In this document: in pieces, positions 37,801-50,401 of the stretch
Layout: each line of letters opens with the position of its first letter
Position numbering within the stretch: the first letter of the stretch is position 1
NCBI GenBank assembly: GCA_026770705.1
Contig: JANJGN010000013.1
Coordinates: forward strand, 40,548,001-40,612,000
Length of the DNA: 64,000 bases
From: Isurus oxyrinchus
Taxonomy: Eukaryota
Direction: 5' to 3'
Notes under the pieces: model-generated
Told to the model about the DNA's origin: nothing
The model's database searches: none
Seen by the model: the letters and a program-made list of their open reading frames with translations, nothing else
Position numbers and translations under genes: made by a program

Positions 37801-37919
37801 GAAAATCGGGGAGCACAGCCCCCCCACCGCCCCGCTGGCCTCTCCTGCAGCCTGCCCTCCTGCTCCTCCCCTGGCTGCTCTCCGTTCGGACCTCCCTCCT
37901 TCTCTCCCCGAGTGGCCAT
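34888..37919 (-). pseudogene. Harbinger Myb/SANT-like accessory gene, spliced, disrupted
   Basis: Exon 1 37919-37602 (PRFSDACLAVLLQEV...WEEVGDAVS...QCRK*FNDL, donor GTGAGT); exon 2 from 36999 (AKTHHNAWESQRTGGG); last exon ends RRSTRKRNRKAP* at 34888; in-frame stop and a PLE insertion. Confidence 0.8.
35411..35617. mobile_element. Penelope-like fold-back element inserted in the Harbinger
   Basis: Inverted arms of ~70 bp; perfect 14-bp TSD tctcattgaaggaa (35397-35410 / 35618-35631). Confidence 0.88.
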
Positions 37920-40217
37920 GGTGCACTGCCTCAAGCAGGTTGCCTGGCCACTCTTTATGCAGGCTGCTGGCTCCCCACTGGAACCGGCAGTCTGAGGCCG
38001 CCCGCCCCCGCGACTATTTTCCCGTTCTCCACGGGAGCCACTTACCCGCAGAAGGCCCGCCTGGGGAAAATGGCAGCGTGGCCTGTTTCTCCAGCAGCAA
38101 TCGGCCGCCCGCACGACGAATGTAAAATTCTGCCCCGGAAACCTAAAATATTAAGAAAAGTATCGATTTCAAAAGGGAAAGTCATGTTTACTCATCCTTA
38201 CTGAATTCTTTGAAGATGTAACAGAAGAAGAAAATGAAGGTAATGTAATATACTTGGATTTTCAAAAAGCCTTCCAAAAGGTGCCACACAGTAGACTCAT
38301 GAGTATAGTCAGATCATATGGAGTCCAGGCCAAGTAGCAGAATGGATAGTAGGCTGTCTGCAAAACTGGAAACAGGGAGCAGAGGTTAGGATGCTTAACA
38401 GATTGGTGGAAGGTAGAATGTATGGTGTTACACATGGATCGACAAATGGGGCAATTTTTGTTCAATATTTACACAAATGATTTAGACTGAGATACAATTT
38501 TCAAAACATGTAGATGACTCCAAATTTCAGGATATGGACAAAAAGACATTGATAAATTTACCGAATGGGTGTGTAATTAGAAAATAAGTTTCACTAAAGA
38601 TATGTGAGGTGGTGCATTTTGGAAGGGGAAAAGGGAGGCAACATACTCCATGGAAGTTAAAGAGACCCAGGGATACAGACAAACAAGTAGCAACACAAGT
38701 TAACAAGATCATAAAAATTTCAAACTATGCTGGAAGGTAAAAAAGTGGTGTTCCACATGAATCAATACTGAAATGACTTTATTTCAACATTTACAAAAAT
38801 GATTTGGACTTGGAAATAGGAAATTCAATTTCAAAATATGCAGAGCAACTGATTTGAAAAACAGAGACGTTATATTAAAGTTGTATAGAACCTTGATTGA
38901 ACCACGTTTTGAGTACTGTGTACAGTTTTTGTTTACATATTACAAAGAGGATATACAAGCGCTGGAGAAGGTGCAAATGATAATTACAAGGACAATACCA
39001 GACCAAGAGGCTATAATCATCAGGAAGGACTGAACAGGCCACGGCTTTTTTCTCTAAAGAAGTAAAGGTTGAGGGATGACCTAATAGTTGTCTTTAAGTT
39101 TATGAAGAGGATTGATAGAGGATTTGTTTCCACTTGATAGAGAATCCAAAACTAGTAGTCATGAATATAAAATTGCCACTAATGTATCCACTAAGAAATT
39201 CAGGAGAAACTTCTCTACTCGGAGAGTAGTTAAAATGTGGAACTTGCTATTATATGGAGCAGTTGAGGTGAATAGCACAGATAGGGAAAGCTCCATAAGC
39301 TTGAGGGAGAAAGGAATAAAAGGCTATGCTGATAGGGTTAGATGAAACATGGTGAGAGAAGGTTGATTTAGAGCATAAACAAAGGCATAGACCAATTGGG
39401 CTGTTTCTGTACTATGGATTCTGTATAATTTTATGTACTAAAAGAAAAGTAAAACTAAAGTAGATCTATTCCGTAGTGGCCTCCATTCCTCTGCAGCTTT
39501 AGGCTTTTGGCCTTCTGAGTGCTATCGAGTCCATCCTTATTCTCACTGCTCTAAGATTAGTTAAAGAGAGAGAGCAACAGGCACCTTTCTCTTTTAAGGA
39601 GTGTGGAGTCTGTTACTATGGTTATTTCCGAGTGGATCAGAAGGTTCACCATGTACTCTCCTGTTGTTTCCAGCATCACTTCCAGTTTTGGACGTGAACG
39701 GACCAAGACACGATTTCTGATTCCTGATCTCCCTTTTCACATTTTTATTTTGGGGCCTAGAAGGTCATACAGGGTTTCCAGAGGTCAGTGCCAAAAGTTT
39801 TGAATTGATTGATTTCAAAGACCATGTAATACATGCCTTTGATCAGACACAAGTGAAACATTTCTGAGTCAAGGGTCTGTGTGCATTTATAAACCTGGTG
39901 ATCTCAAGTTGCACGTATCAACTTTCATTTTGGAAGGGATGTGTTGCTCCGATAAAACAGTAGCTGGGAATGTGCAGTTAGCTCCATCAAAGGGATGGAG
40001 AATTGGTATTATTTGCTCATCTTAAGTGAAGGAATAATTTAGGGTAAAAGACTCAGACAAAGGCCTCCCTTAATCCTGGACTATTCTTTAGGCCCAAATT
40101 AGAGATGTAATTTAAAGGGTTTACAGGAGAAGATGACCTATTCAAAATCACTTTTTTTAAAATGTAGCAGTAATTTACGCAGTAATGTCTGTTTATGTCC
40201 CTCTTCTCCCTCCTAAG

Positions 40218-40418
40218 GAAAATGATGCCAAGCAAAACAGAGTAAAGAACAAAATAATTACTGAAACTGAACTAGTAAAACAAAAAGAGAAGGATATTAT
40301 TCGATTTGAAGCAGAACTGAAAGTTCTTATCGATAAGAGGGAGCAACTGAAAAAGAAAGTGGAATCATATTCCATCTATCCAAAATTCTTGGAGAAAGTA
40401 ATCAAAATATCAAACGAG
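40218..40418 (+). CDS. CFAP73: CFAP73 exon 4
   Basis: ENDAKQNRVKNK...YSIYPKFLEKVIKISNE, coiled coil; aag|...|gtaact; 201 nt, phase 0. Confidence 0.93.
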
Positions 40419-40847
40419 GTAACTGTGAAAAGAGTGTATTGCTTAAACTTTATTTACATAAATTCATGTATGATACAGGTAGACTCTTTTGGCAGGGAAC
40501 TTAATGTACATAGCAATAGCATGCACTTTTTTAGCACATCTAATGAATTAAATGCTTCAGAGAGGAAAAAGTTATCTGATACCAAGTAGTGCTGCGAATA
40601 GATAATGACTGAAGGCAGTGTTAAAGCAGTGGGTTTTGAGGAGGCTTCTGAATTAATGGAGAGACGTAATAGAGAGATTATTCCTGATTATGAGACTAAG
40701 CTGGTTTTCAGCCATAGATGGAACAGAAAAAGTGAGGGGTGCAAAAGAGGCCAGAGCCAGAAGATCAGTGAGTGACTGATGGAATATTGGTCTAAAGGAG
40801 GTAGAGAGGAGCAAGGTCTTGAAGAGACTAAGAGATGATGGAAAGGA

Positions 40848-43800
40848 TTTTTTTATGCATTCAAGGGATGTGGGCTTCGCTGGCGGGGCCAGCATTTATT
40901 GCCCATCCCTAGTTGCCCTTGAGAAGGTGGTGATGAGCTGCCTTCTTGAACTGCAGCGGTCCATGTGGTGTAGGTACACCAATCAGTTAGGGAGGGAGTT
41001 CCAGGATTTTGACCCAGCGACAGTGAAGGAATAGCGATATATTTCTGAGTCAGAATGGTGAGTGACTTGGAGGGGAACTTCCAGGCGGAGGTGTTCCCAT
41101 CTATCTGCTGCCCTTGTCCTTCTAGATAGTAGTGGTCATGGGTTTGGAAGGTGCTGTCTAAGGAACCTTGGTGAATTCCTGCAATGCACCTTGCACACAC
41201 TGCTGCTACTGTGCGTTGGTGGAGGAGGAAGTGAATGTTTGTGGATGTGGTGCCAATCAAGCGGACTGCTTTGTCCTGGACGGCGTCAGGTTTCTTGAGT
41301 GTTGTAGAAGCTGGACTCATCCAGGCAAGTGGGGAGTATTGTATCACACTCTTGACCTGTGCCTTTTAGATGGTGGACAGGCTTTGGGGAGTCTGGAGGT
41401 TAGTTACTCGTCGCAGGATTCCTAGACTCTGACCTGCAGTTGTGGCCACAATATTTATATGGCTAGTCCAGTTCAGTTTCTGGTCAATGGTAACCCCCAG
41501 GATGTTGATAGTGAGGGATTCAGTGATGGTAATGCCATTGAACGTCAAGGGGCTTTGGTTAGATTCTCTCTTGTTCGAGATGGTCATTGCCTGACACTTG
41601 CATGGTGTGAATGTTACTTGCCGCTTGTCAGCCCAAGCCTGGATACTGTCCAGACCTTGCTGCATTTGGACATGGACTGCTTCAGTATCTGAGAAGTCAA
41701 GAATGGTGCTGAATATTGTGCAATCATCAGCGAACATCCCCACTTCTGACCTTATGATGGAAGGAAGGCCATTGATGAAGCAGCTGAAGATGGTTGGGCT
41801 GAGGACACTACCCTGAAGAACTCCTGCAGTGATGACACGGAGCTGAGGTGACTGACCTCCAACAACCACAACCATCTTTTTTTGTGGTAGGTATGACTCC
41901 AGCCAGTGGAGAGATTTCCCCCGATTTCCATTGACTCCAGTTTTGCAAGGGCTCCTTGGCCAAATGCGGCCTTGATGTCAAGAGCAGTCACTCTCACCTC
42001 ACCTTGGGAGTTCAGCTCTTTGTCCATGTTTGAACGAAGGATGTAATGAGGTCAGGAGCTGAGTGGCCCTGGTGGAACCCAAACTGGGCGTCAGTGAGCA
42101 GGTTATTGCTAAGGAAATGCCACTTGATAGTACTGTTGATGACTCCTTCCATTACCTTATTGATGATCGAGAGTAGACTGATGGGGTGATAATTGGCTGG
42201 GTTGGATTTGACCTGCTTTTTGTGTACAGAACATACCTTGGCAGTTTTCCACAAAGCTGGATAGATGCCAGTGTTGTAGCTGTACTGGAATAGCTTGGCT
42301 AGGGACACGGCAAGTTCGGTACCACAAGTCTTCAGTACCATTGCTAGAAAATTGACAGCCTTTGCACTATACAGTGCTTTCAGCCATTTCTTGATATCTC
42401 ATGGAGTGAATTGAATCAGCTGAAGACTGGCATCTGTGATGCTCGGGACCTCTGGAGGAGGCCGAGATGGATCATCCTCTCGGCACTTCTGGCTGTAGCT
42501 AACGCTTCAGCCTTATCTTTTGCACTGATGTGCGGGTCTCCCCCGTCATTGAAGATGGGGATATTTGTGGAGCCTCGTCTTCCAGTGAGTTGTTTAATTG
42601 TCCATCACCATTCACTACTGGATGTGGCAGGATTGCAGAGCTTAGATCTGATCCTTTGGTTGTGGGATCGCTCAGCTCTGTCTATCAATTGCTGCTTATG
42701 CTGTTTGGCACGCAACTAGTCCTGTGTTATACTTTCATCAGGTTGACATCTCATTTTTAGGTATGCCTGGTGCTGCTCCTGACATGCTCACCTGCACTCT
42801 TCATTGAACCAGGGTTGATCCCCTGGCTTGATGGTAATGGTAGAGTGTGAGATATGCTAGGCCACGAGGTTACAGATTGTATTTGAATACAATTCTGCTG
42901 CTGCTAATGGCTTACAGCGCCTCATGGATACCTAGTCTTGAGTTGCTAGATTCTGTTTGAAATTTATCCCATTTAGCATGTTGGTAGTGCCACACAACAC
43001 AATGGAGGCCATCCTCAATGTGAAGAAAGATAGAAACTAGGAACAGGTGTAGGCCATTTGGCACTTCGAGCCTGCTCTGCCATTCAATATGATCATGGCT
43101 GATCCTCTATCTCAACGCCATATTCCTGCTTTTTCTCCATACCCCCTGATGCCTCTAATATCTAAAAATTTCTTTCTTGAATGTACTCAGTGACCCGGCC
43201 TCCACAGCCTTCTGTGGTACAGAATTCCACAGGCCGACCATCCTCTGAGTGAAGAACTATTTCCTCAGCTTGCCCCGTATCCTGAGACTGTGGCCCCTGG
43301 TTCTAGACTCCCCAACCAGGGTAAACATCCTCCCGGCACCCAGTCTGTCTAGCCCTGTTAGAATTTTATATGTTTCAATCAGATCCCCTCTCATTCTTCT
43401 AAACTTAGTGAATACAGGCCCAGCCGAACCAATCTCTCCTCATATGACAGTCCTGCCATCCCCGGTATCAGCCAAGTGAACCTTCACTGCACTCTCTCTA
43501 TGGCAAGCGTATCCTTCCTTAGGAAGGGAGACCAAAACTGCATGCAATACACTGGGTGTGGTCTTGCCAAGGCCCTGTATAACTGCAGCTCACTTGTAAG
43601 CCATGGTTGAGCCATCTTTCCTGTTTTATTTTTGCACCAGTGGGACTTCATCTCCACAACGACTGTCACTCATACCGATACCATCATGGACAGATGCACC
43701 TGCGCAGGCAGGTTGGTGAGGATGAAGTCAAATATGTTTTTCCCTCTTGGTTCCCTCGCCACGTGCTGTAGGCTCAGTCTAGCAGCTATGTCCTTTAGTA

Positions 43801-44350
43801 CTCGGCCAGCTCAGTTAGTAGTGGTGCTACCGAGCCATTCTTGGAGATGGATATTGAAGTCTCCCACCCAGCGTACATTATGTGCTCTTGCTACCCTCAG
43901 TGCTTCCTCCAAGTGGTGTTCAACAGGGAGGACACTGATTCATCAGTTCAGGGAGGGTGGTATGTGGTAATCAGAAGGAGGTTTCCTTGCCCATGTTTGA
44001 CCTGATGCCATGAGACTTCATGGGTTCCTGAAGTCGATGTTGAGGACTCCCAGGGCAACTCTCTCCTGACTGTATACCACTGTGCCACCGCCTCTGCTGG
44101 GTCTATCCTGCCAGTGGGACAGGACATACCAGGGATCGTGATGGTGGTATCTGGGACATTATCTGTAAGTTACGATTCCGTGAAGATGACTATGTGAGGC
44201 TGTTGCTTGACTAGACTGTGAGACAGCTCTCCCAGTTTTGGCACTAGCCCCCAAATGTTAGTAAGGACTTTCTAGGGTCAACAGGGCTGAGTTTGTCGAA
44301 GGCGTTTCCAGTGCCTAGGTTGATGCAAAATGGTCCATCCAGTTTCATTC
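40848..44350 (-). mobile_element. Decayed LINE of the same family as 19364 (5' head missing)
   Basis: Minus-strand ORFs with NPANYHPISLL, RVTALDIKAAF, QGSVLSP, MFADDCT, LGVTIDQKLNW; tail at 40850-40920. Confidence 0.9.
43028..43640 (-). mobile_element. CR1 3' fragment nested in the LINE
   Basis: LYRALARPHPVYCMQFWSPFLRKD.LAIERVQ and a CR1 tail. Confidence 0.85.
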
Positions 44351-44425
44351 TGGTTTCATTTCAAGGATGTGGACTTAAAACCTTTGAAGGTTAACAAGAA
44401 TGGGGTGATATAGAAATGGAACTTA

Positions 44426-45119
44426 GGGCTGAATTTTATGTGGTGGGTGTAAAAGTCAAAGGTGAGCCCAACTTCACTTGGCCAGCTTGCCCCATTTAAT
44501 GGCTGTAGGAGCTGTAACTGGCTCAAGACAGGCCTTCTGCTCTCATCAAAATGTTCCACCTCAGAGCTGCCAACCAATCAAATGGCCGCAGTTCTCTTGT
44601 CCCAGCTGCACCATTGGGTGCAGTGACCATTGCTGGGACTGCATGCAGACCTGAAGAGGCGACACCGATGAATCCCAAACTTTTAGGTAAGTTCAGGCTT
44701 TTGCTGGAGCCAGACTCGCAGGCCATGGGCAAAGTGGGTGGGGGCTGGGATCGACAGCTTAGGGAGGGAGGGCGGAATACTTTGGGGCAGACCTCTGATG
44801 GGCACAGGGAGTATGAACCTCACCCTAGCCTGGTCACAAGGCTGCTGAGTTTTGCCTGGTGGTCTGGACACTTGGCATCAGCCTTCTTTGTTGTGGAACA
44901 AATCCCACAATGATGGGAGGAGGCCTTAAGAAGCCATTAATTGGCCATTTAAAGGCCACAATTGTCCCACAGGTGGGCAGGCTGCCTGATGCTACCCTAC
45001 TGTGTGTAAAAAAAAAAAAACAGCATGGCCATGGCATTCAATTTTACTCCCCAACCACCCCACCCACCCCGCCTGCCATCCTGCTCCTGATGGGGGTCGG
45101 GGGATGTAAAACTCAGCCC
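44426..45119. mobile_element. Harbinger-type MITE
   Basis: TIRs gggctgaatttta / taaaactcagccc; TSD tta/tca. Confidence 0.78.
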
Positions 45120-45437
45120 TCAGTAAGGGAGAGGAGGCAAGCAGCAAGGTTTTGTATGTGTTGCATTCTGTGAAGGGTGGCACTTGGAAGACCGACAAAA
45201 AGAGCATGGAGTAATCAAATCTGAATATTGCAAAAGTATATATAGCATTTCAGTCTGAATGATGGGAGGGCAAAGATAAGTGATATTACAGAGATAGAAA
45301 TAGGAGTCTTGGTGTTAAGTAGTTATTAAAGGCCCCTTTTTAAGATTGATGCAAGTTTCATTAAATGCCAGATTTACTTTTTCATTAACTATTTGTAATT
45401 GAACAAACTTTCTGATTTTCTGTGTGCCTTTTTTAAG

Positions 45438-45659
45438 TTTCAGGATATCAGAATGGTGAATGCACATTTTGAGACTTTGCTTGGTACACATGATCTTCTA
45501 ATTACAAAGTACCAGGAAGATCAAGAAGTCATGAAGACAATTAAATCCAATCATAATCAATTTATGATGGAAAAGAACAATGATATAATGATGTACCATA
45601 ATAGTCTGGCTGTACTAAAAACTCGATTGGACGAAGCCAAAGCTAAAACTATAAAAGGG
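45438..45659 (+). CDS. CFAP73: CFAP73 exon 5
   Basis: FQDIRMVNAHFETLLGTH...LKTRLDEAKAKTIKG; aag|...|gtaggt; 222 nt; alternative in-frame CAG acceptor would start the exon at 45444. Confidence 0.92.
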
Positions 45660-46094
45660 GTAGGTATTTTTTAGGAATTAAGTCAACAAGAGCCAATTCC
45701 CTAGATCTCAGCCTTTTGCATGGAATGCAATATTCCAAATGCTACTTACCTGGTTTAGACTCTGCAGGGTGCAGGAAGAATTCTTCAATCTGATTGATTA
45801 GTGAGACACATGCTCTCGTAGGTCCTGGACCTTCTGGAGGAGAGGCTGCACTATTTTGATTCTCTTTAATTAACACATGTAAAAGTCCACATTATATGTG
45901 AGCAAGTTTAAGACTAATGAATGGTGAGCAATGTTTATTTGCAGCTAACTGCATAATCTGGGTCAATGTTATTTCAAAGGTATTTTTCCAGAATAAAATT
46001 TCAAACGACCAAGAACTTGCTTTTCTTGAAGATCATAAATAACTTATACAGTGATTTAAAAATACTGTAATTGTACCATTATCTAATTTTGCAG

Positions 46095-46250
46095 GAATCC
46101 CTTTGGGTACATATTCAAAACACTGCAGCCAAAAGGACCCTTATCTTGGGTATGACAAAGATGGCAATTTTTAACCTTTACATGCACATAAGAAAAGCAG
46201 GTATACAACCTGGCACTGTATCAGAGGACACAAATATGCAGCTTCAGGCA
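46095..46250 (+). CDS. CFAP73: CFAP73 exon 6
   Basis: ESLWVHIQNTAAKRTLILGMTKMAIFNLY...EDTNMQLQA matches the family motif ESKWIQIQNTAAEKTLLLG; cag|...|gtaagt. Confidence 0.96.
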
Positions 46251-47973
46251 GTAAGTTGTGCTAGTTATATATAGATCATATCTATTCCAATTCTATTTCA
46301 GACTTTTTTCCTGTATTTATGCAGAGGGGATGGGACTGTTCAATCGTGTTTTCTTCCCAGTTTTCTCCTCTCTGAAATGCTAACTTCTGCTTTGGTACAG
46401 TTACACTCTTAGTGACAATCTTCTGGTACCTTGCTTGAATCAGTCAGCATTCTTCATGTACGAGTCTGGTGAGTGTCAGCGGGCTATATTTTCCTTCACG
46501 GGCATCACAGCTGAATCCAATAATACCATCACCAAATAGTCACTTACTAGCAGTGGTTAAGAATGGAAAGATTGGATGATTTCTTCTCTCTCACTGAGGC
46601 CAATTCTGAAACAGCTATTGTTGAATCTGTTCAGCACGGGATCAAACCTAGGACTTTCATCTATGAACTATTTTATCAACTGATCCGTTGTTGGAACTGG
46701 TGATTGTGTGTTTTTTTTCCATGGAGGAGTATAGGCTATACTGGTAACATAAATTTGCAGCATATACATGGATTGGTGGACTAGCAGGCTGCAGCAATCA
46801 AAAATATACTGACTTGCACTGGTGGTTTCCTTCAAGGCGAGTTTGCCTGGGTCATTTGGGCAGCAGTCCAAACTAAGAACTGGAGAGAAGTAACGAGAAA
46901 ATGAAAAAGCATGCTGTCTTTAAATGCTTTCAAAAATCTTTTATTGAGGCTATGATTCCAAAGACTGAGATGGACAACTTTTTGTTATGTGGTGTTTTCA
47001 AGGGATGTGGAACAAGGGTGGGTAAATGGAGTTTAAGTATGGTGGAGCAGACTCAGGAAGCTTAATGGCCCACTTTTGTTCAATTGATTCTTTTCTCTTC
47101 CTCTTCCTCTTTTTTGGGTCATCCTATGCTATGAACCATTTGCAAATTGGAGGGGAAGTTTTCATTTAGAACTGCATGAACACTGCTTTGAAACCAGCTT
47201 CCAGAGAACAATCCTGGAGTATTCTGGAACAACCCTTAGGATTTTATTCCTTCCCTTCCTGAGGAAAGGAGGTAGGGTAAATGAGCGCCAGTGACACTTA
47301 AGGCAGGATTTTCCTCTGGGCTTTAGGACCTCAAAATTGGGACCAAATGGGGGGGGGTACCCAGCCCACACTTACTGGGAGCCAGACCAGGAGAGCTATT
47401 TTCCCAGAGACTGCTTCCCACTTGACAGCCTCCTGATGCTAATAGTCTAATCAGAGGATTGATAGCTCCAGAGCTTTGCAGTTCCATCAGGAAAGGTGGG
47501 CATTGCTGAGGTAGGCAGGTGACCTCAGGGACATTTCAAAATGGAGGCACGTTCAGGTGAGTAAAAATAATTATTTTAGAGGGGAGAAGACTGTAGGCCC
47601 CTCAAATCGGAATGGTAACCCTTCTGGATGGCTATTTGGGGCCACAGACAGGCTACCTCTGCAGCCCCTCTTCTCAGGAGAACCCTTGTGGAAATTAAAT
47701 CCCTGTAGCTGTAAATACGCAAATTTTAAAAATGAATTTATGTTTTGGGATTATAAATTTTAAAAATAAAATCATTCACAGATTGTAAGATTAAAATCTG
47801 TTCCAGAATGAAAGTAAATGTATTTTTCTTGAGCAGAAAATACACTATTTATCTTATCAAACAATAAAGGAATGTGTATCCATTTATCTCAATATTGGCA
47901 TCAATAGCCAGCTACATAATTGCTTGTTGGCTGGCTCCACAATCACCAGGCTAACAAACCACAGATAGTATCA

Positions 47974-48130
47974 CAGCTAACACACCCTTATAATGTCACT
48001 TAGGTCAGATTTGCTCGGAATAAAATAATATAGCTCTATCACAAACAATGTGCAGCTAACACACTCTTGTAATGTCGCTTAGGTCAGGTTTGCTAGGAAT
48101 AAAATAATATAGCTCTATCACAATGTGCAG
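47974..48130. repeat. Tandem duplication of a ~79-bp unit (2 copies)
   Basis: cagctaacacac...tagctctatcac(aaac)aatgtg repeated at 47974 and 48053. Confidence 0.9.
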
Positions 48131-49324
48131 AATCAAAGTACTCATTTTTAAATTTAATTTAAATTTAAATTACAGTAAAAAGTAAATGTGCTCCCCATTT
48201 CCATTTTCACTCCTTTCTCCCCTTAAAGTGCTGGCCACCAGTGGTACTTAGTTGACATCGGGCAACCTCTGGTATCTTGTTTGTGTTCATTCTTTGTATA
48301 TTAGTTATGACAGTGAGTGTCAACAGGTTAAGGAACAGCAGATAGCACAAACCACATCAGGCCCTGTCTTCGCAAACTTACTGACGGCATAGCAACCAAG
48401 ATTAGGACCCTGTCTTTTTTTCCCCTCCATTTCTAGCCCAGGGGCATTAGTGCTAATTCACAGTCACTTCCGCTTGGATGGAAACAGCTAATTTAGCACA
48501 GATCAGGGATTGTAGAGATCAGCATAATGAATGTATGCATTGTGAGATTCAGGAGTAGATCTGGCAGGCTTTTAATTAGAGACCACAAGGAGTTGACAAA
48601 CTCGTTAAATTCTGGGCAGGAGGGTCTAACATTTTGGAACAGTAAGGCTGGATCCATAAGTTACGACCAGTGAGTAAACCCCACTACGCTAAGGATTCCT
48701 GTCAACCATAAGATGAAAAATCTAGCTCTTGCACAGAATCACATAGATTCTTCACTTAACCTTCTCTTCCTGGACCACTCCACTATTTCTCTGCTCTCTC
48801 CTGCTGTTTCAATTGCACTGGCTGCCCAATTTTTAATTGTCCTATTTCAGCCTTTTTAAATTTCCTAGATATGAGCTGCTTACCGATTGGTCCATTTTGA
48901 ACAATGAAATAGCATTTTTCAACCAATCAGAGAAAACTTTATCTCCCAAAATAACAAGGCCGAGCTGATTTTCATTTTCCACAATGCAAAATAGTCTATT
49001 TGGTCAGCAGCTCTGAATAACAGCTGTATGTTTGCACAATTAATAGTCAGCCAGGATTCTCACTCATCATTATCCAGTGTGCTATGCTAGAATATGCATA
49101 ATTGTCAGGAATGTATGGGTGTGGATATGAGCTGAGGGAAATACAGTAACACATTAATGACCTAATACTAATATATAGACATTACAGGTGAATAGACAAG
49201 ATATATAAGTTTAATTATATGTGGATTTGACCAGTTGTGTCATTTTACCCACATTTTAAATGGTCCATTAAGGTAATTTTAAAATGACTGTAAGACACTG
49301 ATTATTTTTGGAATTCTCTTGCAG

Positions 49325-49417
49325 ATTCAACATTACATCCTGGAATTGAGTGATATTGTACATGACCTGAAGAGACATTTAGAGTTTGGCTCATCTTCAG
49401 TTGCACCAACATTATAA
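49325..49417 (+). CDS. CFAP73: CFAP73 exon 7 (terminal)
   Basis: IQHYILELSDIVHDLKRHLEFGSSSVAPTL*; acceptor ttgcag; total CDS 936 nt. Confidence 0.9.
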   Translation: MQHYILELSDIVHDLKRHLEFGSSSVAPTL

Positions 49418-49483
49418 TGGTGCAACGTTGCTTAGTATAGAAATACTTCAAAATTATTGAAAGTTTTACACTTGTTCTATGAT

Positions 49484-49489
49484 AATAAA
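49484..49489 (+). terminator. Polyadenylation signal of CFAP73
   Basis: AATAAA ~66 nt after the stop, followed by GT-rich gtatgtttgtgtattt. Confidence 0.65.
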
Positions 49490-49694
49490 TGTATGTTTGT
49501 GTATTTATATGGAATATAGGTAGAAGTCAAAATATCATGTTGAATGTACTTTGCTAAAGTTCACGTCTACAGAAGATCCACTACCTGTGCCAACCATGCA
49601 AAAAATTTTAGGACACCTCCTGAGCACTTTCCAGAACAGAGAAAATACCACATTCAATGTATGTAGATGTGCTGGGATTTCAACAGAAAATATT

Positions 49695-50401
49695 GGCCAG
49701 GATTTTCCCCTTGATGATTTGGGGGCGGGGCCAGCTTGCTGAGGGGAAAATGACACAGGATGATGTCGGGAGGAATCCCTGACGTCATCCCAGTCCCTTT
49801 AAATTTTTAGGCAGGTGGGCGGACAGCGATATCCGCTGTCTGCCCGCTAACCTGTCAATGGCCAATTGAGGCCATTGACAGGCTAGTTACGATAATTAAA
49901 GACCTGCCCGTCCAAGCTTAAGGCTGGTGGGCAGGCCAGGAGCCCTAGCAGGCTCCAGATTATTCATGAAATTTCATCCACTGGCGGGATGAAGTTTCAT
50001 GCCCGTTTTTTAAAAATGTAATAAATTTTAAATGTTTATTATTAACATGTTCCATCTCGTGTGACATTGTCACATGAGGGGGGCGTGTTAATAATTTTAA
50101 TATTTTTCTATTTTTAGACTTTACTTACCTCTCATGAATCTCCCTGAGACAGGGCTTTGCCTCAGGGAGCAGTGTGTTCTTTCACGCGCATGGGCAAAAG
50201 GGCACACTTTGACAGATGGGGAATCCCTCCACCCTCGCCCCCCCACCGTATGCGCTTCCTGTCGGGAAGGCTGCTGGGTGGGCCTTAATTGGCCAGCCCA
50301 CTCAATTTGGTGGCAGGCCTCGTTTCAGTGGTGGGGGTCAGCTATCTGCCCACCGTCGAGCCGGTGGGGCCTGCATGCCATCTGAGGGCTAAATTCTGCC
50401 C
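49695..50401 (+). mobile_element. Harbinger-type MITE, hairpin-rich subfamily, copy 2
   Basis: TIRs ggccaggatttt / aaattctgccc; perfect TSD att/att; colinear with 24463-25156. Confidence 0.9.

Larger units (their letters stand above)
32926..38135. mobile_element. Full-length, inactivated PIF/Harbinger DNA transposon
   Basis: TIRs GGCCAGAAGTTT / reverse complement GGGCAGAATTTT; TSD ctg/cgg; convergent transposase and Myb/SANT-like genes; interrupts a CR1. Confidence 0.9.
32060..39425 (+). mobile_element. Old CR1 LINE with internal deletions, split by the Harbinger (pieces ~32060-32925 and 38136-39425)
   Basis: ORF1 esterase-like GSSIIRKID / CFLLGAMVKDIS near 32135-32240; RT PGNYRPVSS near 32840, continuing as FQKGKSCLT and YLDFQKAFQKVPH after 38136. 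Confidence 0.8.

Noticed and set aside
37464-38204. 246-aa + strand ORF as a novel gene
   Set aside because: It is the antisense shadow of the GC-rich Harbinger Myb exon 1 and terminal region, with no recognisable domain.
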